A stretch of 64,000 nt of DNA from positions 14,818,001-14,882,000 of the forward strand of contig OZ024745.1 in NCBI GenBank assembly GCA_964016885.1, read 5' to 3'. Positions 1 to 12,559 of the stretch are shown piece by piece. Position numbers and translations under genes: made by a program. Numbering within the stretch: the first letter of the stretch is position 1; each line of letters opens with the position of its first letter. Below the pieces are notes generated by a model. The model was given only the letters and a program-made list of their open reading frames with translations, was not told the origin of the DNA and did not search any database. This DNA comes from Eledone cirrhosa. Its lineage: Eukaryota.

Positions 1-881
1 CTTCACAAATTACAGATATTTCGTTTACAATAACGCTACATTGATGAACTTGCAAGCTGTTTCTAATATCATACACAACTGTGCACACACACAAGATACA
101 CAGAAGAGACACACGCAACAAATAAATGGATCCCTACATCATTCCTATCAGACACTGCAATATAGTAAATAAAACAAAATGAAGCAGCCTAGATCTCTCA
201 CATACATAATATTTGATGCTCATAAAAACAAAAACAGATATGCGCTTCAAATCATTGTGGGTTTCACGTTCCACCGCTGTCACCTCAAATGACTCAGCTA
301 ACATTGCAGATCATTCTGATATCTAGAAACCACATACGAACCAAGATATATTGTGTAAACCGTAGTTCATGTCAGTGCCTCGATACGAAAATGTTAGAGC
401 TTTTTTCATGTAGTTACTTGACGTGCTAGATTAAACAGTGGAAATAATCTACAGTCTAGACTAATTGGAAGAAAGAATCCCTACCTGATTCTGTCAAGTA
501 CCTATACATTTCCCTCCTTTATAGCATCGCAGCGGTCAGAGAAAATCATAAACTTTTTTCGATATTATACAATTCTCTGAAAAAGCTGCCGTCTCTTAGA
601 TTAAAAGCTCTATTGTAAAAGCTGTCTATACATATAGATTTCAAGGCCCAATATTGACCATATCTCCAGATTATAAGAGGGATACAAAAGTAATCCTCAT
701 TAGACGAGTTTGAAGATATCTTTAAAAGTATGGTCAATATTGGGCGTTGAAACCTTATGTAGCACTTTTACTCTGTATATGAACATGGATAAATAATGTA
801 ATTATCAGCTCTCTTCCCTCATTGAGCACAGTTTTCCTTTTTCCTTTTTCACACCTACGGATATTTTCTACTCACACACAG

Positions 882-885
<4 letters not shown>

Positions 886-973
<88 letters not shown>

Positions 974-1040
974 CACACACACACACACATACATGTATAT
1001 ATATATATATACATATTTTTATATATATATATATATATAT
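886..1040. repeat. (CA)n followed by (TA)n compound microsatellite
   Basis: Direct inspection; explains spurious THTH/YIYI ORFs. Confidence 0.95.
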
Positions 1041-1059
1041 GTAAAATGTAAAAAGAAAT

Positions 1060-1410
1060 AGCAACACAATCGGTACAGTATATGGAAAGGATATATTAGG
1101 TTAACGCTTGATATAGCAGGAAGAGGGTCTTAACGTTTCGGACGATAGTCCTTCATCAGAAGAAAGAATGAGAAATAAGATAGATTGAGGGGACGGGTGG
1201 GTTGGATTTGGAAAAAATGTTGTTAGATAAAAATAACAGGTCCATTCATGTTGACATCTCTTGAAAACTGTTGGTGCTGGCGTTTTGTGTATGATTTATT
1301 TTTAGAAAAATGGATGATAGTGCGCATCTACCTGAAATGGAAAAAAAACGTTTTGTAAAAAGAGCTATACTTGAGCACGTGCGTAAGCATGAGTGTGTGT
1401 GTATGTGTGT

Positions 1411-1446
<36 letters not shown>

Positions 1447-1855
1447 ATGCATCCGTACGAAGCTAAGAAGAAATGTGTGTAATATGTGAGTAAAAGAGTG
1501 TGTGTGCATGTAAGTACAAATCTATAAGCAAAAGTATGTTAATATAAGGGTGTGTATGTGTGTATACAGAGCAGTGAAGGGAAAAGTGGAGTGAGCATAT
1601 ATAGTGGGCCTGTATTAGTTGTAAGAGAAGATGTTAATGATCAAGAGAAAGTGATAGGAATCTAGTGGTGTGATAATTGACGGGGTATTAGAGAAATTGG
1701 GGAATTGGACCCAAGGCGGTGAGTCAGACTTTGTTCAGTTCTGGTGTGCGAGGCCTGTGATCCATGATGTAAAAGGACACCCAGGACTGAAACATGTAGA
1801 GAAGAATGACCAGGATAAAGAAATGACGGGCGACAGGAGTATGCAAACCGTGTCC
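1060..1855 (-). mobile_element. Penelope-like element 3' remnant (GIY-YIG C-terminus plus 3' UTR with HHR)
   Basis: Minus strand ~1662-1855 reads, across a frameshift, PVARHF..PGHSSLHVSVLGVLLHHGSQASHTRTEQSLTHRLGSNSP, resembling the end of a PLE GIY-YIG domain; an HHR lies downstream at 1128-1163. Confidence 0.65.
1128..1163 (-). ncRNA. Minimal type I hammerhead ribozyme
   Basis: Reverse complement: TCTT-CTGATGA-A-GGAC-TATC-GTCC-GAAA-CG-TT-AAGA; stem I TCTT/AAGA, stem II GGAC/GTCC, palindromic AACGTT stem III. Confidence 0.85.
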
Positions 1856-1920
1856 CCGGGAGTAACCACAATAAGTAAGGTACTCAATACAAAGCAGAGT
1901 ATAAATATTTAATATAAAAA

Positions 1921-1971
1921 GGCTTCTACATACTTAGAACTGTTTCACTCGGGAGAAATCCTCAGGAAGCC
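1921..1971 (-). ncRNA. Type I hammerhead ribozyme (family shared with 44862 and 47112)
   Basis: Reverse complement: GGCTTC-CTGAGGA-T-TTC-TCCC-GAG-T-GAAA-CAGTTCTAAGTATG-TA-GAAGCC; perfect 6-bp stem I, GUA triplet. Confidence 0.75.
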
Positions 1972-2495
1972 GGCTATCCAAGTAATATGGTGGAATTTAT
2001 ATCTTTTCTGGTGGTAGGAGTGGGTGGTGATTGGGATGGGTGGAGGTCATTGGTTGATGGGTTTAAAGAAAAAGGAATTCTTTAAAAACTATATTTAAAA
2101 TAACAAAGGCAGTAAGATTTCTATAGACAGGTTCACTTTGGGAGTGCCACTCCTGATTTTTAAGGTTCACTTAAACTAACAACTATCTTTGGTCAGTTGT
2201 CTATAAGCACACTCACACAGGCACCCATATAAATCCCCACTCCCACACACTCGCAAAATCACACACAGGTGTATATTATGTAACGCTTGATGTAGCAGGA
2301 AGAGGGTACACACATATAAGCATATATACATACACACATACATACATATATAAATACGTATATACATGTACATATATGTATACACACACAGACATATATA
2401 TATATATATATATATACATATACACACACACATATATACACATATATATACATATATATATACACATACATATATATGCATATATATATATATAT

Positions 2496-2612
2496 ATAAG
2501 TTGTAATAAAATGAAAGCGAAATTTCATTTCTCACTCTTAGTACGGCACTTACTTAAATGTAAGTATGTATGTATACGTACATACATATATGTATACAGA
2601 CGTACAGTAGCA

Positions 2613-2678
<66 letters not shown>

Positions 2679-2820
2679 TACAGGTACACATACATATATG
2701 TACGTATCAGTTTAGCGGACGCTTATTATAACGCCCGCTTTGTTCGTTTGTAAACAAACTGAACAGCCTGAATTTATGCCGTACGGTGTTAAGGCAACCA
2801 CGTCACCTTTTTGTTCAACA
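2496..2820 (-). repeat. Inverted partial copy of the ~490-bp tandem unit
   Basis: Reverse complement of the unit segment TGTTGAACAAAAAGGTGACG...TTATTACAACTTAT, directly abutting the array. Confidence 0.9.
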
Positions 2821-2868
2821 TAATAAGCGTCCGCTAAACTGATACGTACATATATGTATGTGTACCTG

Positions 2869-2938
<70 letters not shown>

Positions 2939-3175
2939 TGCTACTGTACGTCTGTATACATATATGTATGTACGTATACATACATACTTACATTTAAGTA
3001 AGTGCCGTACTAAGAGTGAGAAATGAAATTTCGCTTTCATTTTATTACAACTTATCGTTTTCGGTGCGCCTGGCCGACTGAACTCACTCGATATGCAAAT
3101 TAGGCTGCTCAGCCGTTAATTTTCATAAGGAAAGTATATACTTTCGAACGTTCAACCATCTGGCAGAAGGGTATA

Positions 3176-3216
3176 CGGTGCTGATGATAGCTAACAAGCT
3201 TGAAACTAGTACATCG
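3176..3216 (+). ncRNA. Hammerhead ribozyme, array copy 1
   Basis: CGGTG-CTGATGA-T-AGCT-AACA-AGCT-T-GAAA-CTAG-TA-CATCG; predicted cleavage after GUA at 3211. Confidence 0.85.
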
Positions 3217-3368
3217 TTCCTGTGTCAGTGTTGAACAAAAAGGTGACGTGGTTGCCTTAACACCGTACGGCATAAATTCAGGCTGTTCAGTTTGTTTACA
3301 AACGAACAAAGCGGGCGTTACAATAAGCGTCCGCTAAACTGATACGTACATATATGTATGTGTACCTG

Positions 3369-3442
<74 letters not shown>

Positions 3443-3679
3443 TGCTACTGTACGTCTGTATACATATATGTATGTACGTATACATACATACTTACATTTA
3501 AGTAAGTGCCGTACTAAGAGTGAGAAATGAAATTTCGCTTTCATTTTATTACAACTTATCGTTTTCGGTGCGCTTGGCCGACTGAACTCACTCGATATGC
3601 AAATTAGGCTGCTTAGCAGTTAATTTTCATAAGGAAAGTATATACTTTCGAACGTTCAACCATCTGGCAGAAGGGTATA

Positions 3680-3720
3680 CGGTGCTGATGATAGCTAACA
3701 AGCTTGAAACTAGTACATCG
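3680..3720 (+). ncRNA. Hammerhead ribozyme, array copy 2
   Basis: Identical motif to copy 1. Confidence 0.85.
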
Positions 3721-3871
3721 TTCCTGTGTCAGTGTTGAACAAAAAGGTGACGTGTTGCCTTAACACCGTACGGCATAAATTCAGGCTGTTCAGTTTGTTT
3801 ATAAACGAACAAAGCAGGCGTTATAATAAGCGTCCGCTAAACTGATACGTACATATATGTATGTGTACCTG

Positions 3872-3917
<46 letters not shown>

Positions 3918-4154
3918 TGCTACTGTACGTCTGTATACATATATGTATGTACGTATACATACATACTTACATTTAAGTAAGTGCCGTACTAAGAGTGAGA
4001 AATGAAATTTCGCTTTCATTTTATTACAACTTATCGTTTTCGGTGCGCCTGGCCGACTGAACTCACTCGATATGCAAATTAGACTGCTCAGCCGTTAATT
4101 TTCATAAGGAAAGTATATACTTTCGAACGTTCAACCTTCTGGCAGAAGGGTATA

Positions 4155-4195
4155 CGGTGCTGATGATAGCTAACAAGCTTGAAACTAGTACATCG
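4155..4195 (+). ncRNA. Hammerhead ribozyme, array copy 3
   Basis: Identical motif to copy 1. Confidence 0.85.
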
Positions 4196-4347
4196 TTCCT
4201 GTGTCAGTGTTGAACAAAAAGGTGACGTGGTTGCCTTAACACCGTACGGCATAAATTCAGGCTGTTCAGTTTGTTTACAAACGAACAAAGCGGGCGTTAC
4301 AATAAGCGTCCGCTAAATATATACGTACATATATGTATGTGTACCTG

Positions 4348-4405
<58 letters not shown>

Positions 4406-4642
4406 TGCTACTGTACGTCTGTATACATATATGTATGTACGTATACATACATACTTACATTTAAGTAAGTGCCGTACTAAGAGTGAGAAATGAAATTTCG
4501 CTTTCATTTTATTACAACTTATCGTTTTCGGTGCGCCTGGCCGACTGAACTCACTCGATATGCAAATTAGGCTGCTCAGCCGTTAATTTTCATAAGGAAA
4601 GTATATACTTTCGAACGTTCAACCATCTGGCAGAAGGGTATA

Positions 4643-4683
4643 CGGTGCTGATGATAGCTAACAAGCTTGAAACTAGTACATCG
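4643..4683 (+). ncRNA. Hammerhead ribozyme, array copy 4
   Basis: Identical motif to copy 1. Confidence 0.85.
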
Positions 4684-4835
4684 TTCCTGTGTCAGTGTTG
4701 AACAAAAAGGTGACGTGGTTGCCTTAACACCGTACGGCATAAATTCAGGCTGTTCAGTTTGTTTACAAACGAACAAAGCGGGCGTTACAATAAGCGTCCG
4801 CTAAACTGATACGTACATATATGTATGTGTACCTG

Positions 4836-4909
<74 letters not shown>

Positions 4910-5146
4910 TGCTACTGTACGTCTGTATACATATATGTATGTACGTATACATACATACTTACATTTAAGTAAGTGCCGTACTAAGAGTGAGAAATGAAAT
5001 TTCGCTTTCATTTTATTACAACTTATCGTTTTCGGTGCGCTTGGCCGACTGAACTCACTCGATATGCAAATTAGGCTGCTTAGCAGTTAATTTTCATAAG
5101 GAAAGTATATACTTTCGAACGTTCAACCATCTGGCAGAAGGGTATA

Positions 5147-5187
5147 CGGTGCTGATGATAGCTAACAAGCTTGAAACTAGTACATCG
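5147..5187 (+). ncRNA. Hammerhead ribozyme, array copy 5
   Basis: Identical motif to copy 1. Confidence 0.85.
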
Positions 5188-5338
5188 TTCCTGTGTCAGT
5201 GTTGAACAAAAAGGTGACGTGTTGCCTTAACACCGTACGGCATAAATTCAGGCTGTTCAGTTTGTTTATAAACGAACAAAGCAGGCGTTATAATAAGCGT
5301 CCGCTAAACTGATACGTACATATATGTATGTGTACCTG

Positions 5339-5384
<46 letters not shown>

Positions 5385-5621
5385 TGCTACTGTACGTCTG
5401 TATACATATATGTATGTACGTATACATACATACTTACATTTAAGTAAGTGCCGTACTAAGAGTGAGAAATGAAATTTCGCTTTCATTTTATTACAACTTA
5501 TCGTTTTCGGTGCGCCTGGCCGACTGAACTCACTCGATATGCAAATTAGACTGCTCAGCCGTTAATTTTCATAAGGAAAGTATATACTTTCGAACGTTCA
5601 ACCTTCTGGCAGAAGGGTATA

Positions 5622-5662
5622 CGGTGCTGATGATAGCTAACAAGCTTGAAACTAGTACATCG
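5622..5662 (+). ncRNA. Hammerhead ribozyme, array copy 6
   Basis: Identical motif to copy 1. Confidence 0.85.
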
Positions 5663-5814
5663 TTCCTGTGTCAGTGTTGAACAAAAAGGTGACGTGGTTG
5701 CCTTAACACCGTACGGCATAAATTCAGGCTGTTCAGTTTGTTTACAAACGAACAAAGCGGGCGTTACAATAAGCGTCCGCTAAATATATACGTACATATA
5801 TGTATGTGTACCTG

Positions 5815-5872
<58 letters not shown>

Positions 5873-6109
5873 TGCTACTGTACGTCTGTATACATATATG
5901 TATGTACGTATACATACATACTTACATTTAAGTAAGTGCCGTACTAAGAGTGAGAAATGAAATTTTGCTTTCATTTTATTACAACTTATCGTTTTCGGTG
6001 CGCCTGGCCGACTGAACTCACTCGATATGCAAATTAGGCTGCTCAGCCGTTAATTTTCATAAGGAAAGTATATACTTTCGAACGTTCAACCATCTGGCAG
6101 AAGGGTATA

Positions 6110-6150
6110 CGGTGCTGATGATAGCTAACAAGCTTGAAACTAGTACATCG
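6110..6150 (+). ncRNA. Hammerhead ribozyme, array copy 7
   Basis: Identical motif to copy 1. Confidence 0.85.
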
Positions 6151-6302
6151 TTCCTGTGTCAGTGTTGAACAAAAAGGTGACGTGGTTGCCTTAACACCGT
6201 ACGGCATAAATTCAGGCTGTTCAGTTTGTTTACAAACGAATAAAGCGGGCGTTACAATAAGCGTCCGCTAAACTGATACGTACATATATGTATGTGTACC
6301 TG

Positions 6303-6341
<39 letters not shown>

Positions 6342-6470
6342 GCATGCTACTGTACGTCTGTATACATATATGTATGTACGTATACATACATACTTACATA
6401 TATATATATATATATATATATACAATATATATATATGTATATATATATATACATACACACACACATACAT

Positions 6471-6505
<35 letters not shown>

Positions 6506-7039
6506 TATATATATATACACACATATATATATATATATGTATGGATATATTTCTTTCGTCAATATTACATCAGTATACCATTAACTACATTAAATGTATT
6601 CTATTTCATTAAGACCGTTTTTATGAAGAGCCAGAGTACCACCTCCCCCTTTACAATCTTACAATTCCATCTTCACGACATGTCTATATCTAATAACCCT
6701 ACTACTTGACTTTACTTCAGGGCGCATCATTAAGAATCATTTTCTGTTGTATCTCCCTCTTTATCTTGCCCTTCTCTCTCATTGTACTCATTGTTTTTCC
6801 GTCTTATTCGCTGTTTTATAGTGTTTAAAATGTATCATTCCTTCTTAAATATATGTTTAGTCTTTCCAACTGGTTCGGTTGATATGCAATAGTTATTGCA
6901 AGGAGTATTTTATATTATATGAATGCTTATCAGCTTAACATTCTCAGCTTAATCTCTTACACATTTACCTTTTACAGCTCACAGATTGCGGAGATACTGG
7001 GGCGACCTTATTATTGCTATACGTCTCCTTGGTTGGTCG

Positions 7040-8480
7040 TGGACGTAAGAGGGAGACGGTCTTCCATGACCTTCAATCTGTGGTTCCGGCTCTGGCGGGA
7101 ATTGGCCTCCAGGTCAGCTCGGCCAAGTCGGAGGTGGTGAATGTCAGCCTCGATGCTGCGAGCTTTGCAGCCTCCGTTTGGACGTGCGGTACATTCTCCG
7201 CCAGGTTCAGGTGAACCCCAAAGAGGATGTCCTCATCCTCGGGTCACCGATCCACTCGCCGGCCATCCGCTCCACCATCAGGTCCAGGCTTCAACAGCTC
7301 CAGACTCTCACGACCCGACTGGGCTTGATTGACGACCACCCAGCTCTTTTTCTGCTGCGGAACTGCTTCGCCATGCCGAAGCTCCTCTATATACTCCGCA
7401 GCGCTCCGTGATACACCCAGACATCTCTCCTCGCTGACCTCGATACTTGTATCCGAGCAGCAGCCGAGGAGATATGCAACGTCAAGTTTGACGACATAAG
7501 GTGGCAACAGGCCACTTTACCTGTCAGGTATGGCGGCCTTGGCCTCCTCCGGTCCCCGATCTCACTAGCTTTGCCGGCGTATCTTTCATCGATAACCTCG
7601 TGCCGCGTCCTCGTCAGCAGGGTTCTTCAAAACACAACAGAACCCTCTGTTTTCAGAGAACGTGAGGCCGCCTGTCAGACGTGGGACCGGCTGGGACTTA
7701 GCCAGTAGACGTCCCTCCACTTTTTCCCCCTGTTGACGTCAAGTCCCCCCAACGCACTTGGGATGCCATCCAGTGCAGCCTGGCCTCAGACAGACTCACG
7801 CGCCAGCTCGCCCAGCACCGCCTTGCTTGTTTTCGTGCGGCCTCCAAACCCCACAGTGGTGCCCTTCCCTCCTTCTCCACTGGCAAGCAGCTAGACAACC
7901 ATAGCCTGCGCATCGGCATTTCTCTGAGGCTCAGCCTCCGGATCTGCCAGCCCCACCATGTCGCTGCGGTTCCACCGTGGACTCTTTCGGCCTCCACTCG
8001 CTTTCCTGTCGCCACAGTGCCGGCCGCATTCCACGCCATGATTCCCTCAAAGGAGTCATTAAGCATGGCTTGGACGCTGCAGGCTTCCCTTCCCAGCTCG
8101 AGCCCGTGGGGCTGGATCGAGGGGACGGCAAAAGGCCAGATGACATGACCATCTTCCCGTTCCGCGGTGACAAAACCCTCGTCTGGGATGTCACTTGCAC
8201 CGACACTTTCTGCAGCCGCAACCTGGTGCAGTCTACGACTGACCCAGGTTCTGCTGCACGTCGGGCTGAGGGGGCCAAACACCTCAAATACTGGTCGCTC
8301 TCCGACAGGTTTGCAGTCGTACCCCTGGCAGTAGAGACTTCTGGTGTCCTCGGCCCCAGGGCTACCTCCTTACTCAACACCATAGGCGCTGAGCTGGCCA
8401 GCCGTAGGTGTGAGCCCCGCCAGTTGGAGTGGCTTTTCTAGCGCGTCTCCTTTGCCATCCTGCGGGGAAACGCCTTCTCC
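7040..8480 (+). mobile_element. 5'-truncated, frameshifted non-LTR retrotransposon with restriction-like endonuclease (CRE-like clade)
   Basis: GC-rich island. Fragments GIGLQVSSAKSE (end of RT), PKLLYILRSAP, WQQATLPVRYGGLGL, GLHSLSC..GRIPRHD, GKRPDDMTIFPF..KTLVWDVTCTDT (PD-D RLE), VVPLAVETSG, RVSFAILRGNA; internal stops and frameshifts. Confidence 0.85.
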
Positions 8481-8896
8481 ATTCTGGCCGCGAGGGCTGT
8501 AGGTGGACCCCATCGAGTACCGTTGTAGTTGTTGTATACAGATACTAACGGAGTTGTATTTGTATATCGTTAAAATCTGTCAGTCTGGACTGTACAACAT
8601 ATCTAATTGGCTACTGGATTATATCCCCTTTCGTAAGCACAACTCTACCACCAGATGGCTCTCACAAATAATTTCTAATCAATTTAGATGTTAGTTTTTA
8701 GTGTAACAACACAGAGGTTTGCGCCATTTGCAGATATTTAAAGAAGTGGCTTCAATATGCTAATTGATAAACAACTTATTGATTTCCACTATATCTACGT
8801 GTTAGCATGATGCTTTAAAGGAAATTTGATGTTCTCGGTAGAGAGAGAGAGAGGGAGAAAGAGGGGGAGATAGATTATCAGAAACTAGTCATACAA

Positions 8897-8990
8897 GTTG
8901 GCCGCCCATAGCTGCGAGCCCCGCAAGCTGGAGTGGCTGTTTCAGCGCGTCTCCCTCGCTGTCCTCAGGGGGACAATGCATTCTCCACCT
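8897..8990 (+). mobile_element. Short diverged 3' fragment of the same RLE retrotransposon family
   Basis: CEPRKLEWLFQRVSLAVLRG matches 8400-8470. Confidence 0.75.
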
Positions 8991-11415
8991 TGTCGGCTGG
9001 GACCCAATGGCGGAAGGAAAGTTAGTTGGTGGTGGAGGATACTAGTTCAGACGTCAATTCAACAAGTAATATATGTATACATCTGACTTTAATTTTAACC
9101 AACTAACTTGGAGAAATAACTATGAAATGAAATCGAATTGATTTACGTTCAGCAACCATAAATATGGAAGGAAATATAACTCGATGAATCAGTGTTATGA
9201 AGATCTATAATTTATGCATCAACAAAATAAAAATACGATAATTTATAAAATGTCAAATTTCCAGTTAATACCATATCAAGAGAATTCTGCTGCTACGCTG
9301 TATGTTAATGAGGAGTAAGTGACGTAATTAAAACAATCAATGTTGCTACAAATGCTTGTCTTAATATATCAGGATCTAGTCTATAGATTCTACATATAGA
9401 ATATAGTTAAAACTGCATTACTCCTCCATGTTAGAGAATAATCTAGTTCTGTCCAACTGCAAACCCACTACAAATCTATAGTAAGGTCCGCAATGAAGTA
9501 CAGCTGTTACTGCTTACAAAAACATAATATATTTATTCAATAAACTATATATTATGGTTGATAATCAATCCTCTCTGTAGATACTGGCATTACTACAATG
9601 GCTTCTGATTCTTTGAACGCATTTAGAGAAGGCTTCCATCAAATCTACCCGATACATTGGTTATACTCTCGTGACCCCTTTTCTGCCACAGCCCATGACG
9701 TACCTCTTCAGAACGATAAATCCTCTCCCCACTAACCTATTTTTTATAGAATATGACTTCTATCTATTAAGACTGACTATAAACTATTTCAAACAAACCA
9801 GTCACAAAAAGCCGACAGAAGTCATGGGTTCTGTCCCTTCCCTTCACTAAGCTATCAAAAATGAATTCCGAAGCTAAATAAGAAGCGATTTGAGTTAAGA
9901 AACATAAAATCGTTTTATGGGAAATATAAGAATATTATGATAATGTGCATTTTCTCTGCATGTATTAATAATTCCTACTTAAATGTCTTTCTCCAATGAA
10001 TGCCATCCCAAAAAATTGCAACAGGTATTTCTTTAGTCAATACCGTACACAAACATTGCAACAGGTGGTTCTCTAGTGAATATCATACAGTAGATGGTAA
10101 TAAAACATTCTTATACAATAAAAATAGTGTTTGGAAATTCACAACATTCCCCGAACACTTTAACAAGTTTCTGAAAGACTTACATATATTTTATTATACT
10201 TTATTTTATTATCATCGAACAAGATAATAATTATCGGAAATAATTGGTATGTTGATGTGAGAATTATCGACTTCTGACAGAAAGAGTAAATGCAGCCTCC
10301 AGCAGCTTTAAGTGCGTTTCATAACAGTCACTATTTTTAATAATCAACGGACATGTTTAGTATTCAAAGTGAATGAAAAGTTCGCTTCTGCTCATTAAAT
10401 GACATAGGCACGTGCTTAGAATATATATGCATATAAAAGTTCGCAATTGATAAATTTCTATATTTGTTATTTTACTCTCTTTTTGAATAGGAATCTGAAT
10501 ATTGAGTGTATATAGATAAATATTTTATAGGAAAAATATATGCTCTATTATTTAGGTATACTTTATTGCATTAATTTAAATCATAATATTTTGCTGGGGA
10601 AAATAAACATTTAGGTATTTAAGAATCGATTAATACTGTGTGTGATTTCCAACATAAGCAATCAGTTTGAAATTAAATAGCTATAATAATGTAAAGCAAA
10701 TTCATGAGCAATCGTAATTTTATCACTCTATACAGTGCTCCAAGACGAATATTAACATCAGGTATGTGAACATCATTCGGTATTAATATTAGAAGTTGTT
10801 TAATGCGCAAATATATGTTAATTTGGAATCTCAATAATTTATCATCATATATTTTGCAAATTTTATATTACTGTTGCAGCAGACATTTCAAGATTCTCTT
10901 CTAAACCCAGAAGACTATTTCCTGTCATCCATAATCAATGTTTTCTACGTATATAATACACATTTCGAGTTTGTCCTTCCAGAGAAAAAATGGTTATGAT
11001 AGTTTATTTATTCATTTACAGTTCAACGACTATAATAAGAATGTGTCTGTATTAAAGGTTAAATGCACAAAGTAAACGTTACTCATTTGTTTTGCTACTC
11101 TGTCCTCCGATTGACTGATGTTATCATACAGGGTGAGCATAAAGACATTCCAATTTTATTTCATAGACGTCAGTTGGTTAATGAAAATTTCAACTACTTC
11201 CTGTAGAAGAGAACATTCGAAACATGTTCAGAAAAACATTGAACTTGAAATGTATAAATTAAACAATATATATATATATAAATGTAATCTGAGTTTTTCG
11301 AATGTTAATAATAACATTCGATTCGTTTGCAATTATGCAAACAAGCCTCAATTTTATAGCCATGTCAGTAGAATGAACCGTTCTTTCTTGCTTTTGTGTA
11401 GAGGGAACATTTTCT

Positions 11416-11446
<31 letters not shown>

Positions 11447-11448
<2 letters not shown>

Positions 11449-11585
11449 CGAAGGCAGTGTGGTAAGTAATCAGGTGGACCATAACGCATCAAAGTACTCG
11501 ATACTGGGTAGTAGCGCGGGTAATAGGAAAAACAGCTAGGTCGAAATGGACGGAGCTCAGCCGTCGGGGTCGTGACTCCTTTCCT
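11447..11585. repeat. Short dispersed (TA)n-embedded repeat family
   Basis: Shares GGACCATAACGCA..AGTACTC and GAGCTCAGCCGTCGGGGTC with copies at 16455, 28410, 46248, 48848, 59265, 61725. Confidence 0.75.
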
Positions 11586-11784
11586 ACACACACACATATA
11601 TATATATATAGTAATAATAAATATATATATATTGTCTCCTTTCCAACAAGGAAGATGATAAAAACGTACCTCAATACTTAAATTTAAATCTTTAATTTTT
11701 AGATTTTAATTCTTATTAATTCTCTTTAATTGTAATTACCAACATTTGATTAAATGAATTTTACTAATACATCGAAACCGGTAA

Positions 11785-11955
11785 TACTTTGTATACTTTA
11801 TATACATTATATACTTTATATACTTTGTATACTTTATATACATTATATACTTTATATACTTTGTATACTTTATATACATTATATACTTTATATACTTTGT
11901 ATACTTTATATACATTATATACTTTATATACTTTGTATACTTTATATACATTATA
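11785..11955. repeat. 36-bp minisatellite built from 9-bp subunits
   Basis: TACTTTGTA-TACTTTATA-TACATTATA-TACTTTATA repeated about 4.7 times. Confidence 0.9.
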
Positions 11956-12121
11956 AAACTCTTTTTGAAAAGAATTGTCCCTCTCATTTTTTCAATAATG
12001 TCATTTTGACGAATCAAAGAAAGGAAAGAAAAGAAGAAAAACAGACCCTTAAATATATTTTCCGTGCTATTTCCATTTTCACCTTCTCTTTCTCCTTCTC
12101 CCCTCCCCCTCTCTCTCTCTC

Positions 12122-12155
<34 letters not shown>

Positions 12156-12499
12156 AATATATGTGCGCGTGTGTGTGTGTGTGAGTGTTGTTGTTGTCCT
12201 TCCTCTGTTAAGGTGCTTGAGTTTAATTTAATCAATATTTCTCTATTATATCTAGCATGTCGAACAATCACATAAAGACTTCACAGAGAAAATAAGTAGC
12301 CCTAAGCTTGATATGTTATGTTGTTCATATGCATAAATAAATACGTTAGCTCAAGAAAACATTATCATCTCAACAAATATTTCAGGTAACCAACTTTCGT
12401 GCGACATTATATTAATGCAATAATAAATCCAGTTTTAATAGGAATTAAAACAGAATTATTTTAATACTTAAATGTGTTTATCTATTACAATCTCATAAC

Positions 12500-12559
<60 letters not shown>

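Larger units (their letters stand above)
2821..6398 (+). repeat. Tandem array of ~475-504-bp units (7 full units plus a partial), each carrying a hammerhead ribozyme and an internal (TA)n tract; retrozyme- or pLTR-like
   Basis: Near-identical units; HHR starts at 3176, 3680, 4155, 4643, 5147, 5622, 6110. Confidence 0.95.

Noticed and set aside
2821-6398. Array as a CRISPR-like locus or as tandem small genes (66-aa and 60-82-aa ORFs)
   Set aside because: No unique spacers because whole units repeat; the ORFs are broken in some units and run through (TA)n
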